Shown: positions 43,635 through 53,912 of the stretch, piece by piece
Numbering within the stretch: position 1 is the first letter of the stretch
Layout: every line of letters begins with the position of its first letter
Source: an uncultured Gemmatimonadales bacterium
GTDB taxonomy: Bacteria > Gemmatimonadota > Gemmatimonadetes > Gemmatimonadales > Gemmatimonadaceae
Direction: 5' to 3'
Length of the DNA: 64,000 bases
NCBI GenBank assembly: GCA_963793305.1
Contig: CAWBZV010000005.1
Coordinates: 96,001-160,000, forward strand
Translations under genes and position numbers: made by a program
Notes under the pieces: model-generated
What the model saw: only the letters and a program-made list of their open reading frames with translations
Told to the model about the DNA's origin: nothing
Databases searched by the model: none

Positions 43635-44215
43635 TCAGCCGCATCCACGGCCGACTCGCGGCCAAAGAGATCGATCATCTCGAGATCATGGTCGCCGGTG
43701 TCGGCTACGAGATCGCGGTGCCGCTCAGCGTCTACGAGAAGCTGCCCGCGGTGGGCGAAGAGGTCGCCCTGTGCACGCATCTCGTCGTCAAAGAGGACGC
43801 GTGGCAGTTGTTCGGCTTCTCGACGCCGCGCGATCGGCGCATCTTTCGAGCCCTGCTCGGCGCGAAAGGCGTCGGGCCGGCGCTGGCGCTGGCGCTGCTC
43901 TCCGCGCTCAATTCTGATCGGCTGGTTCGGGCGATCCGCGAGAAGGATATTGCGACATTGCAGACCGTCCCGCGGGTGGGACGAAAGAAGGCCGAGCAGC
44001 TTGTCCTCGATCTGGCGGACAAGCTCGACGATGTGGCCGGCGAGGAGTCTGTCGGCGTGCCGCTGCGCGGCAACGCGGAAGACGCGATCCGCGGGCTCGT
44101 GTCGCTCGGCTACGCGCGGCCGGATGCGGAGCGGGCGGTGCGCGCGGCGACGGGCGATACGGTTGCGGATATTGTGAGACAGGCGCTCAGAACCCTTGCA
44201 GGGAGTGCGACGTGA
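43631..44215 (+). CDS. ruvA: Holliday junction DNA-binding subunit
   Basis: GVGYE, LFGF, GVGPALA, VGRKKAE, LVSLGY. Confidence 0.93.
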   Translation: MISRIHGRLAAKEIDHLEIMVAGVGYEIAVPLSVYEKLPAVGEEVALCTHLVVKEDAWQLFGFSTPRDRRIFRALLGAKGVGPALALALLSALNSDRLVRAIREKDIATLQTVPRVGRKKAEQLVLDLADKLDDVAGEESVGVPLRGNAEDAIRGLVSLGYARPDAERAVRAATGDTVADIVRQALRTLAGSAT

Positions 44216-45369
44216 AGAGCTCGCAGCGAGCGGGGACGTTCACCGAGTCGGTGATCCGCGAGATGACGCGGGTCGCGCAAAAGTACGGCGCGATCAATCT
44301 CGCGCAGGGATTCCCCGACTTCCCGATGCCCGCGCCCATGAAGGACGCGGCGTGCGCGGCGATCCATGGCGACATCAACCAGTATGCGATCACCTGGGGC
44401 TCGGCGCCCCTCCGGATCGCGATCGCCGAGAAGTATCGGCGCTGGTACGATATGCCGGTCGATCCGGAGACCGAGATTACCGTCACCTGCGGGGCGACGG
44501 AGGCGATGGCGTCGACGTTCCTGGCCCTCATCGATCCCGGCGACGAGGTTATCGTGTTCGAGCCGTTCTACGAGAACTATGGGCCCGACGCGATCCTCGC
44601 TGGCGCGAAGCCGAAATTCGTGCCGCTCGAGCCGCCGGGATGGAAGCTCGATCTCGATCAGCTACGAGCTGCGTTCTCGCCGAAAACCAAGGCAATTGTC
44701 CTGAACACCCCCCACAATCCCAGCGGACGTGTGTTCACCCGCGATGAGCTCACGGTCATCGCGGCATTATGCCAGGAGCATGACGCGTGGGCGTTCACCG
44801 ACGAGATCTACGAGCACATTATTTACAGCGGGCATCACCATTTGCTCGCTGCGTTCCCTGGCATGCGCGAGCGGACGGTTACCGTCTCCGGGTTATCTAA
44901 GACCTTCAGTTGCACGGGGTGGCGGCTCGGCTACACGATAGCGCCGGCGAAGGCGACAGACGCCATTCGCAAAGTTCACGATTTCTTGACGGTCGGCGCG
45001 CCGGCGCCGCTGCAGGCTGCCGGTGCTGTTGGACTGGCGTTCGATGCCGACTACTTCAATCATCTCGCGCAGGAATATCGCGAGCGGCGGACGATCCTCT
45101 CGGCCGCGCTCCGGGAGGCGGGTTTTATTTTCACCGAGCCCGCGGGTGCGTATTACATCTTGGCTGACTTCTCGGAGCTATCGGGCGACGACGACACAAC
45201 GTTCGCCACATGGCTCGCGCGCGAGGGCGGCGTGGCGACGGTACCTGGGACCAGCTTCTTCCATCACAAGGAATTGGGCCGGAAACTCGTTCGCTTCGCG
45301 TTCTGCAAGAAGCGCGAGACGCTGGAGCGTGCCGCCGAGCGACTCTCGCTCCTGAGACAGCAGGTGTGA
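44212..45369 (+). CDS. PLP-dependent aminotransferase, class I/II
   Basis: NLAQGFPDF, NTPHNPSG, DEIYE, SKTFSCTGWRLG. Confidence 0.92.
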   Translation: MKSSQRAGTFTESVIREMTRVAQKYGAINLAQGFPDFPMPAPMKDAACAAIHGDINQYAITWGSAPLRIAIAEKYRRWYDMPVDPETEITVTCGATEAMASTFLALIDPGDEVIVFEPFYENYGPDAILAGAKPKFVPLEPPGWKLDLDQLRAAFSPKTKAIVLNTPHNPSGRVFTRDELTVIAALCQEHDAWAFTDEIYEHIIYSGHHHLLAAFPGMRERTVTVSGLSKTFSCTGWRLGYTIAPAKATDAIRKVHDFLTVGAPAPLQAAGAVGLAFDADYFNHLAQEYRERRTILSAALREAGFIFTEPAGAYYILADFSELSGDDDTTFATWLAREGGVATVPGTSFFHHKELGRKLVRFAFCKKRETLERAAERLSLLRQQV

Positions 45370-46199
45370 GACCGTGGCGCCGCCTCTCGGCTGATCCGCG
45401 TGCGGTCGTAGGCGCGGCGCTCATCGTCGCGATCGTCTGCGCCGCGTTGGCGGCGCCGTTGATCGCGCACCATGATCCGATTGCGCAGGACCTGGGGATC
45501 CGCCTGCAAGCCCCATCGGTCGCGCATTGGCTCGGCACCGACGGCGCAGGCAGAGATGTCTGGGCGCGGCTGATCTACGGCGCCCGTGTTTCCCTGGCTG
45601 TTGGATTCATCTCGCAAGGCATCGCCGTCACGCTCGGCCTGACGTTCGGCTTGCTCGCCGGGTTCTATGGTCGCTGGGTCGACGAGATCGTCATGAGATT
45701 GGCCGATGTGACGCTCGCATTCCCCACACTGCTCCTGCTGATCGCGATGGTCGCCGCGCTCTCCCCCTCACTGGTCGTGGTCTTCGCGACGATCGGGCTG
45801 GTAGGCTGGGCTGGCATGGCGCGCCTCGTCCGCGGACAGGTGCTCGTCGTCCGCGAGCTCGAGTTCGTGCAGGCCATCCGCGCCTTGGGTGCACGCGACC
45901 GTCTCATCATCGTGCGCCACGTGCTCCCGAACGTTGTCGCACCGGTCATCATCGCCGCCACCCTCGGCATCGCGGGCGCGATCATGGCCGAAGCGGCCCT
46001 CTCGTTCCTCGGACTCGGCGTGCAACCGCCGACGCCGTCGTGGGGCTCGATGATCGCCGACGGTCGCGACCTCGCCCAGCTGCGCCATGCACCATGGACA
46101 TCGGTCGCCCCCGGCCTCGCGATCGGTGCGGCCGTGATGGCGTTCAACCTGCTCGGCGACGCGCTTCGGGACGCCTTGGATCCCCGGTTCAGACGCTAA
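45366..46199 (+). CDS. Peptide ABC transporter permease (DppC/OppC type)
   Basis: HWLGTD..GRD, YGARVSL, EAALSFLGLG, NLLGDALRDALDP. Confidence 0.92.
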   Translation: MRPWRRLSADPRAVVGAALIVAIVCAALAAPLIAHHDPIAQDLGIRLQAPSVAHWLGTDGAGRDVWARLIYGARVSLAVGFISQGIAVTLGLTFGLLAGFYGRWVDEIVMRLADVTLAFPTLLLLIAMVAALSPSLVVVFATIGLVGWAGMARLVRGQVLVVRELEFVQAIRALGARDRLIIVRHVLPNVVAPVIIAATLGIAGAIMAEAALSFLGLGVQPPTPSWGSMIADGRDLAQLRHAPWTSVAPGLAIGAAVMAFNLLGDALRDALDPRFRR

Positions 46200-46629
46200 C
46201 GTACTCGCCGTCGGTCCAGGGATTGATAAGGGCGCTCGCTGATGCGGCGAAATCCGACGTATTGCGGGTGACGATCGTCAGGCCATGCACTTCAGCCGTT
46301 GCGGCAATGAAAGCATCCATGACGCCGATCGGCTGTCCTTGTTTCTCTCCATGCGCCACAACGTCACCCCAGGCGTCAGCCACGCGGTGATCGACCGCCA
46401 GAATTCGCCCCTCGAAACGGAGTGGCAACTCCTCTCGCAACCACAGGTCCAGCCGCTTCCGGCGCCGGCCGGGCGCCAGCCGCACAACGCCATGCCGCAG
46501 CTCGGCGAGTGTGACGACGCTCAGGAAAACACGGTCCTCATCGACTTCGGCGAGCCAAGCGACTACGCCAGGGTTCGGACGCGGCTTGACCCATTCCGAC
46601 ACCGCGTTGGTGTCGAGCAGAAAACTCAC
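46189..46629 (-). CDS. vapC: VapC/PIN-domain toxin
   Basis: LLDTNAVSE, TLAEL, DAFIAATA, VTRNTSDF. Confidence 0.9.
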   Translation of the reverse strand: MSFLLDTNAVSEWVKPRPNPGVVAWLAEVDEDRVFLSVVTLAELRHGVVRLAPGRRRKRLDLWLREELPLRFEGRILAVDHRVADAWGDVVAHGEKQGQPIGVMDAFIAATAEVHGLTIVTRNTSDFAASASALINPWTDGEYVSV

Positions 46630-46880
46630 AGATCGACTTTGCGAGCCCGATCGCTTCGGCGCTGCACGGTGAGCCCCGAATCGCGGAGCGGCGACCCGGC
46701 GAAGAACTCTGCCAGATTGCCGACCCGCTTGGTCTTGCGCTCCCATTCCTCGGCTGACACCACGACGACCGCCGTACGACCTTGACGCGTGATCGTCTGC
46801 GGTCCTCGTGCGCGAGCCATTTCGATGACTTCGCTCAAGCGCGCTTTGGCTTGCGCGACCGTCCAAGTCGATATAGTCAT
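46626..46880 (-). CDS. Phd/YefM-family antitoxin
   Basis: AKARLSEVI...GPQTITRQG...VVVS; GTGA overlap with the toxin. Confidence 0.9.
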   Translation of the reverse strand: MTISTWTVAQAKARLSEVIEMARARGPQTITRQGRTAVVVVSAEEWERKTKRVGNLAEFFAGSPLRDSGLTVQRRSDRARKVDL

Positions 46881-46897
46881 GATAGTCAAGATAGTCA
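46873..46897 (-). promoter_or_regulatory. Three TGACTAT direct repeats (9-nt period) over the -10 box and start codon of the TA operon; putative operator
   Basis: ATAGTCA on + at 46873, 46882 and 46891; TATCTT box at 46888-46893 (-). Confidence 0.65.
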
Positions 46898-46917
46898 GAA
46901 TAGGAGCACTCGTCAAC

Positions 46918-48216
46918 TCAGTCGTGGACTTCGACCAGCGTGAGATTTCTCGAGCCCCTCTTGACGATCAGGTATCGGCCGTGCAGGTAATCGCCGGGTG
47001 AGATATCTACCGCTTCGGCGGTGATCTGGCGGTCATTCAGATAGAGGCCGCCCTGCTGCACCAACCGTCGCCCCTCACCCTTGGACTTGACACTCCCCGA
47101 AACGAACGCAAGGTCGATGACGTTTGCGAAATCCGCGCGCGCGATTTCGCGGCTCGGAATCTCACGCTTAAGCAATTGGAGATCTTCAGCGGACAGGTCC
47201 CGAGGATTGCCGCCGAATCCGACGGCCGACACCCGCTCGGCGCTCTCGGCTGCCGCCGCACCGTGCACCAAGGTGGTCACTTCGCGCGCTAGGGTGCGCT
47301 GCGCGGCTCGTCGCTCCGGATGCTCCGTAACCTCGAGTCGGCAGGTATCGATCGTTTCGAGATCGAGAAGGGTGAAGTAGCCGAGGTACCGCGCAACATC
47401 ATTGTCGTCGACGTTGATCCAGAATTGGTAGAACTGATACGGCGAGGTTTTCGCCGGGTCGAGCCACACCGTGCCGGACTCGGTTTTACCGAACTTCGTT
47501 CCCGATGCTGTGGTGATCAACTTCAAGGTCTGGCCATGTACGGCAGTCCCTCTGACGCGGCGTATCAGGTCCACCCCAGCCAGGATGTTGCCCCACTGGT
47601 CACTGCCACCGATTTGCAGATTGACCTTGTGGATGTCATGAAGTTCGAGATAGTCGTACGCCTGGAGCAGCATGTACGAGAATTCGGTGAACGAGAGCCC
47701 TTCGTCGGCCTCCCAGCGAGCGTCGGGTCGCGGGACCCCCATGCGCGAACTGACTGACTCGCGCTGCAGCATCATGTTCACCGAAAAATGCTTGCCGATG
47801 TCGCGCAGGAAATCGATGAGATTCAGATCTCCGAGCCACCCCACATTGTTGACAATCTTGTGGGGATGGTTCGCTAGAAACGGCGCGATCTGCGCCTCGA
47901 TTTTTCGCGCGTTTGCCTCGATAAGTTCACGGTCGGCGAGCGGGCGCTCGGCGCGCTTCCCGCTCGGGTCGCCGATAAGGCCCGTACCGCCGCCAATGAG
48001 CGCAACCGGGTAATTGCCCGACTGCTGGAGGTGGACCAGCCCCATCAGCGGAAGAAGGCTGCCGACGTGAAGGCTGTCGGCGGTTGGGTCGAATCCACAG
48101 TATCCGCGCACGGCCCTTGCTTTCAGCGCCGCGTCTAGGGCAATCGTATCAGTGCCGCCGGCGTGATAGAAGAAGTCGCGCCTACCCAGTTCGTACAGAA
48201 AGTCGATCGCTGTCAC
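46918..48216 (-). CDS. tyrS: Tyrosine--tRNA ligase
   Basis: YCGFDPTADSLHVGS, QIGGSDQWGNI, KFGKT, C-terminal S4-like domain. Confidence 0.96.
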   Translation of the reverse strand: MTAIDFLYELGRRDFFYHAGGTDTIALDAALKARAVRGYCGFDPTADSLHVGSLLPLMGLVHLQQSGNYPVALIGGGTGLIGDPSGKRAERPLADRELIEANARKIEAQIAPFLANHPHKIVNNVGWLGDLNLIDFLRDIGKHFSVNMMLQRESVSSRMGVPRPDARWEADEGLSFTEFSYMLLQAYDYLELHDIHKVNLQIGGSDQWGNILAGVDLIRRVRGTAVHGQTLKLITTASGTKFGKTESGTVWLDPAKTSPYQFYQFWINVDDNDVARYLGYFTLLDLETIDTCRLEVTEHPERRAAQRTLAREVTTLVHGAAAAESAERVSAVGFGGNPRDLSAEDLQLLKREIPSREIARADFANVIDLAFVSGSVKSKGEGRRLVQQGGLYLNDRQITAEAVDISPGDYLHGRYLIVKRGSRNLTLVEVHD

Positions 48217-48295
48217 CCGGACAAAATAAGTCTGGAAACTCTGATTCGACGAGTGACTGTGTTGCGTCCCCTGAGCCGCCCGGTATTTTGCGAAT

Positions 48296-48598
48296 ATGGC
48301 CGAGGAGACGTACGACGACGGACGACGACGGAACCTCGAGCGACTGTTGCTCACGCTTGCCGCGCGGATCCAGGCGCTTCAGGCCAAAGGGGAGCTCCTG
48401 GCCCACGCTCCCGAGTTGATGAAGTTGATCGGCGACGCCAAAAGTGAGCTCTTTCACTACGAGGTGCGCGCCACGTACGACACGCCCGAGATCGCCGAAA
48501 GCCGGCGGATCGTCTCCGAGGCGCAATCGGCCGGCGAGGCCAAGTGGGAGCCGACCGACTGGACACCCGAAGACGAAGACGGACCCCCATCATGGTAG
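48296..48598 (+). CDS. Hypothetical protein
   Basis: 100 aa ORF with TATTTT box 6 nt upstream; overlaps the dsbA-like start. Confidence 0.65.
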   Translation: MAEETYDDGRRRNLERLLLTLAARIQALQAKGELLAHAPELMKLIGDAKSELFHYEVRATYDTPEIAESRRIVSEAQSAGEAKWEPTDWTPEDEDGPPSW

Positions 48599-49305
48599 CT
48601 ACGCGCCGCCAACCACCCGCGCGCCGTTCGAACGCTCGCTTTCTCTCCGCGCTGGGCCTGCTCGCCGCGATCGGTGTGATCGCCATCGTCTACGTCATGA
48701 ACCAGCCAAAGGCGCCGCCGATCGCCACGACCGTCGACCCGGCGTCGCTCGGCCCCGCCAAAGGCTACCTGCTCGGCAAGCCCGACGCGCCGGTGCAGAT
48801 CATCGAGTTCGCGGACTTCGAGTGTCCCGCCTGCGGCAACTTCGCGGTCGTCACGGAGCCGGACATCCGGAAGCGCATCATCGAGACCGGTGAGGCGAGC
48901 TATCACTACTACGATTTCCCGCTTCCCATGCACAAGAACACGTGGTTCGCATCGGAAGCCGCCGCCTGCGCGAACGATCAGGGACGGTTCTGGGAGATGC
49001 ACGACCGCCTGTTCCAAGGGCAAGACCAGTGGAACACGCAGGCGACCGGCAACCCGACGTCCGTCTTCGAGGGCTACGCCAAGGACCTCGGTCTCGACGT
49101 CGACAAATGGCGCGCGTGCTACACCTCGCAGGCCCATGTTCGCGACATCCAGGCGAACAAGGCCGAAGGGGAGCGCCGCAAGGTCAGCCAGACGCCGACG
49201 TTCGTGATCGGCGACAAGGAGATCCCCGGCGTGATTCCCTACGATCAGTTCAAGGCCCTCGTCGACTCGGCGGCCGTCCCGGCGAAGCGAGTCGCCACGA
49301 AATAA
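48592..49305 (+). CDS. DsbA/BdbD-family thiol-disulfide oxidoreductase
   Basis: TM anchor, EFADFECPAC, DFPL, QTPTFVI. Confidence 0.9.
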   Translation: MVATRRQPPARRSNARFLSALGLLAAIGVIAIVYVMNQPKAPPIATTVDPASLGPAKGYLLGKPDAPVQIIEFADFECPACGNFAVVTEPDIRKRIIETGEASYHYYDFPLPMHKNTWFASEAAACANDQGRFWEMHDRLFQGQDQWNTQATGNPTSVFEGYAKDLGLDVDKWRACYTSQAHVRDIQANKAEGERRKVSQTPTFVIGDKEIPGVIPYDQFKALVDSAAVPAKRVATK

Positions 49306-49766
49306 TGACGAAGCGTATGGTCATCGCCGTCCTCGCACTGGGCGGCATTTTCGTTTCGGTCTATCTCACGCTGTACAAGCTCGGGATACATCGGTCAGCT
49401 GAGTTGCTCGATCGGTTCATGCGAGACCGTGCAGATGAGCAAATGGGCGACGTTCCTCGGCCTCCCGGTCGCCGCGTGGGGTGTGCGTCGTACTACGTCG
49501 CGTGCTCGTGACCGCGATCGCGGTACGGTGTCCCGCTTCACGGAGTCTCGCCGACTCTCGTCGCGCTCCTGATCGAGGCGGCGCTGGGGTTCGTGTTCAC
49601 GGCGTATCTCACGTCGCTCGAAGCGTTCGTGATTCACGCCTATTGTATTTATTGCTTGTCGTCCGCGGCGATCGTGACGCTGATCCTCTTCGCCAGCATC
49701 GCGGACTACCGCGAGCTACGCCCGCTTGACACGACCGCGAGCCTCGGACGCGTCGTTCAGCCGTAG
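49305..49766 (+). CDS. Vitamin K epoxide reductase (VKOR) family protein with several indels in 49380-49570
   Basis: Segments YLTLYKLG / SCSIGSCETVQMSKWA..LGLPVAAWG / YLTSLEAFVIHAYCIYC lie in shifting frames; TAATG overlap with the dsbA-like gene. Confidence 0.78.
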
Positions 49767-50129
49767 CCGCGGCTTCGAGTCTTCTTCGATCGGCGGCGCC
49801 CCCGCCTCCCCGCTCGCCGCCGCCGCGGCGCGTTCGAGCTCGCGAGACCGCCGGCGATAGGGGACGAGATCCTGGCCGAGCGCGACCAGCGCGCGCGTGG
49901 CGACCGTGCTGGCCAACGGTTCAGGAACGCCCATGACCCGTATATACGTGTCGATGGCGCGATCGAACGACAGCTCCTCGGCGAGCGTGTCGACGAACAT
50001 GAGCGCGTTGTCGACGTGCGCGCGGATGATGGCTTCCTCGCCGCGTGCCATTGCCAGGCGCATGCGCCGTTCCGCCGCCGCGCTCAGCTTGCGCGGGAAA
50101 ATGGACTCGGGGAAGAGTTTCGTGAACAC
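49716..50129 (-). CDS. Hypothetical protein
   Basis: GTG start 1 nt after the acs stop; helical ORF of 137 aa. Confidence 0.6.
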   Translation of the reverse strand: MFTKLFPESIFPRKLSAAAERRMRLAMARGEEAIIRAHVDNALMFVDTLAEELSFDRAIDTYIRVMGVPEPLASTVATRALVALGQDLVPYRRRSRELERAAAAASGEAGAPPIEEDSKPRLRLNDASEARGRVKRA

Positions 50130-50130
50130 G

Positions 50131-52087
50131 TTACTCCTGGCCGTCGTACTGCGCCTTGAGTGTCGCGACGACATTCGGATCCGCCAACGTCGTCGTGTCC
50201 CCCAGCGTCCGTCCTTCCGCGATATCGCGCAACAACCGCCGCATGATCTTCCCGGACCGCGTTTTCGGCAGATCTGCCGCGAACAGCACGTCATCCGGGC
50301 GCGCGATCGCCCCGATCTTGTCGGCGACGAACTCGCGGAGCTCCTCGCGCAACTCCGGTGACGACTCCCGACCCGAGCGCAACGTCACAAAGGCCGCCAA
50401 TGCCTGGCCCTTGATCGGGTGCGCCCGGCCCACGACGGCGGCCTCGGCGACAGCCGGATGCCCGACGAGAGCAGACTCGACCTCCATCGTACCGATGCGA
50501 TGTCCGGCGACGTTGAGCACGTCATCCACCCGCCCGAGGATCCAGAAATATCCGTCGTCGTCGCGCTTCGCCCCATCACCCGCGAAGTAGAGCTCCGGAC
50601 GACCGGACCACTTCGAAAAATACGTATCGACGTACCGCTTGTCGTCGCCCCAAATCGTGCGCAGCATAGACGGCCACGGCCGGGTCAGTGCCAAAAACCC
50701 CCCACCCACGGGGATGGCCGTCCCCTTCGAATCCAGCAAGTCCGCACTATACCCTGGTAATGGCATAGTAGCGCTTCCGGGCTTCGTCTCGGTGATCGCG
50801 GGCAACGGTGATATCACAATCGCGCCTGTCTCGGTCTGCCACCATGTATCCACGACGGGACACCGGCCACCGCCGATACGCTCCCGATACCACATCCAGG
50901 CCTCGGGATTGATCGGCTCGCCAACTGATCCCAGGAGCCTCAACCGGGATAAATCATGCCGCGCGGGATATTGATCCCCCCATTTCATGAACGCCCGTAT
51001 GGCGGTCGGCGCGGTGTAAAAAATCGTGACGCCGTGCCGCTCGCACATATCCCACATGCGATCTTTGTCCGGCCAATCCGGCGCCCCCTCGTACATGACG
51101 CAGGTGGCCGCGTTGGCCAATGGCCCATACACCAGATACGAGTGCCCGGTGACCCACCCAACGTCCGCCGTACACCAGAACACGTCGTCGGGCTTGAGGT
51201 CGAACACCATCCGCATCGTCGAGGCAACGCCCGTCAGATATCCGCCGGTAGTGTGCACGATGCCTTTCGGCTTCCCGGTGGTGCCGGACGTATACAGGAT
51301 GTACAGCACGTCCTCCGCGTCCATGCGCTCGGGCTCGCACACCATGCCGACTCTGGACATCGCGTCATGCCACCAGAATGTCGCGCCCCTCGTGCATCGG
51401 CGTCGATTCGGCGGCCGAGCCGGAGAAGCGCTGCACGACAAACACGCGCGTGACCGTCGGACACTCCTCGAGCGCGCGATCCGCGTTTCGCTTGAGCGGC
51501 ACGATCTGCCCGCGCCGGAAACCCCCATCGCCCGTGATCAACACCTTGGCACTCGCGTCCTGAATGCGATCGCGCAGGGAGTCGGGCGAAAATCCGCCAA
51601 ACACCACCGAGTGTATCGCGCCGATCCGCGTGCAGGCCAGCATGGCGATCGCCGCTTCGGGCACGAGGGGGAGATAGATCGCGACGCGATCTCCACGATT
51701 GACTCCGTGCGCGCGCAGCACGTTCGCGAACTTGTTGACCTCGACCGACAACTCCCAATAGGTCAACGTGCGCCGATCGCCCGGCTCACCTTCCCAAACG
51801 AACGCCGCCTTGTTGCCAAGGCCAGCGCGGATGTGCCGATCGAGGCAGTTGACCGAGACGTTGAGCGTCCCGCCCACGAACCACCGCACGTGCGGCGGCC
51901 GCCATTCCAACGCCGTCCGCCATGGCGTAAACCATTCGAGACGCTTGGCTTCCTGGCTCCAAAACGCCACCGGATCGGCGTTGGCCTTGTCGTAGATGGC
52001 AGGATCGGCGACTGCTGCCGACTTCGAGAAGGCCGCCGGAGGAGGGAACCGGCGGTGTTCTTCGAGCAGGACGTTGATGTCGGTCAT
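50131..52087 (-). CDS. acs: Acetyl-CoA synthetase; apparent +1 frameshift at ~51377
   Basis: [34 protein letters not shown]-terminus is in ORF 51365-52192. Confidence 0.93.
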
Positions 52088-52244
52088 CGTCGTCGCAATC
52101 TCGCATAAATCACCAATGTCGGCAAAGTGCGGTAGCGAGGCTCGCGCGGACCGGAGCCCGGTCGGAAGCGCCAACCATTGGTGACTTCTCACGTTAGCTC
52201 GGTTGGGACGGCGACGGCACCGTTATCGCGCCTTCTGACGCCAT

Positions 52245-52526
52245 ATGGTGCTCGTGGTGCCGGCCCGCCTGACGATCGAGAACCGGAACGACTTTCGCCG
52301 TGCGCTGCTCGCCTGGATCGACGATGCGATCGCCCACGGCGAGACCGACGTCACGCTCGATATGGAGCTGACCGAAGACCTGGACGTGAGTGCCATCGCG
52401 CTGCTCGTCGCGGTCCAGCAGCGGGCATCGCTGAACAACGTGCACATCACGCTCCGGCACCCGAATGATCGGGTTCGGCAGATGCTGATCCTCTCGCGAA
52501 TGACGACGTTCTTCACGGTCGAGTAG
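52245..52526 (+). CDS. STAS-domain protein
   Basis: 93 aa; VTLDM...DLDVSAIALL...VRQMLIL pattern. Confidence 0.72.
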   Translation: MVLVVPARLTIENRNDFRRALLAWIDDAIAHGETDVTLDMELTEDLDVSAIALLVAVQQRASLNNVHITLRHPNDRVRQMLILSRMTTFFTVE

Positions 52527-52536
52527 ATTCCGCCGC

Positions 52537-53229
52537 GTGGCACCACCGGCTGTCGTCGTCGACAACATCACCCGTTGTTTCGGTCGTCGCACCGCGCTCG
52601 CGGGCGTGAGCTTCACGCTGGACCCGCACCAGTGTCTGGCGATCTTCGGCCCGAACGGCGCGGGCAAGACGACCCTGCTCAAGATCGTGGCCGGCTTGCT
52701 CGCGCCGACCAGCGGCTCGGTCTCGCCGTCGGGTCTCGCCGCGCGCAGCGCCGTCGGATTGATCTCGCACCAGACGATGTTGTACCCGGAGCTCACGGCG
52801 CTCGAAAACGTCGAATTCGCGGCGCGACTGTACGGCGTGGCGGAGCCTCGCGCCGCGTCGCTCGCGTCCCTCGCGTCGCTTGGCGTCCAGGATCGCGCCG
52901 ACACGTTCGTGCGGCAGCTGAGTCGCGGCCTGCAACAGCGCGTGTCGATCGCGCGATCGTTCGTGCATCGTCCGAGCATCGTGTTGCTCGATGAGCCGTT
53001 CACTGGTCTCGATGCCCACGGTGCCCACGTGCTCACCGACGCGCTCGTCCATCTCAAGGACGCGGGTGCCGCCTTGATCCTCGTCACGCACAACATCGAC
53101 GAGGGGCTCGCGCTCGCCACGTGGATCGCAGTTCTCAACGAAGGGCGATTCGCGAGCTACGATGCCAGATCTGGCATCGATCCCGTCACTTACGCCGCGC
53201 GGTATCAGGCCGTACTTTGCCCCCCATGA
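52537..53229 (+). CDS. ccmA: Heme ABC exporter ATPase
   Basis: GPNGAGKTT, LSRGLQQR, LLDEP; precedes ccmB and ccmC. Confidence 0.85.
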   Translation: MAPPAVVVDNITRCFGRRTALAGVSFTLDPHQCLAIFGPNGAGKTTLLKIVAGLLAPTSGSVSPSGLAARSAVGLISHQTMLYPELTALENVEFAARLYGVAEPRAASLASLASLGVQDRADTFVRQLSRGLQQRVSIARSFVHRPSIVLLDEPFTGLDAHGAHVLTDALVHLKDAGAALILVTHNIDEGLALATWIAVLNEGRFASYDARSGIDPVTYAARYQAVLCPP

Positions 53230-53912
53230 GGCCGCCGGGGCTCCTCGACGCGGCATGGCTCATCGCGCGGAAAGATCTGCGCATCGAGTTCCGCAGCCGG
53301 AGCGCATTCTTCTCGGCGGCCATCTTTGCGGTCCTCGCGTCGACGATCTTCTTCTTCGCCTGGGACCCCACCGCCGTCGCCGCCGCTGATTTGGCGCCCG
53401 GCGTCCTGTGGGTGATTTTTACGTTCGCGGGAATGCTCGGTCTCCATCGCTCGTTCGGCGCCGAAGTCGCGGATCGCGCGATCGATGGGCTGCTGGTGGC
53501 GCCGATCGACCGGGAGGCCGTGTTCCTCGGGAAGGCGCTCGCCAACCTCGTCTTCGTGCTCGCGGTGCAGGCGCTCGCCATCCCGGCCGTCGGCATCATG
53601 TACAACGTGCCCCTCACGCACATCGCGGGGCCGTTGGCGGGCATCGCGGTGCTCGCCGCGATCGGTCTCGTGGCGGTCGGCACGCTGTTCAGCGCGATGA
53701 CCGTGAACACGCGGTTCGCCGAGTTGCTGCTGCCAATGCTGTCGCTGCCATTTTTCGTTCCCGTCGTCATCGCCGCCGCCCAATCGACCGAGAAACTGCT
53801 GAGCGGTCGGCCAGTCAGCGAGGTGGCGGGATGGCTGGAGGTGCTGGCATCTTTCGACCTCGTCTTCGTCTACGCATGCACGCTCGCTTTCCCAGCCACG
53901 CTCGAGCACTAG
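53226..53912 (+). CDS. ccmB: Heme exporter permease
   Basis: KDLRIEFRS, PGVLW, LLLPMLSLPF. Confidence 0.88.
   Translation: MRPPGLLDAAWLIARKDLRIEFRSRSAFFSAAIFAVLASTIFFFAWDPTAVAAADLAPGVLWVIFTFAGMLGLHRSFGAEVADRAIDGLLVAPIDREAVFLGKALANLVFVLAVQALAIPAVGIMYNVPLTHIAGPLAGIAVLAAIGLVAVGTLFSAMTVNTRFAELLLPMLSLPFFVPVVIAAAQSTEKLLSGRPVSEVAGWLEVLASFDLVFVYACTLAFPATLEH

Noticed and set aside
46873..46897. CRISPR or iteron array
   Set aside because: Only three 7-nt units, with no spacers, cas genes or rep gene
52088..52244. Riboswitch, sRNA or CRP site in the acs-STAS intergenic region
   Set aside because: No recognisable RNA family; the GTGA/TCAC half-sites are spaced by 4 nt rather than 6; a covariance-model search would be needed
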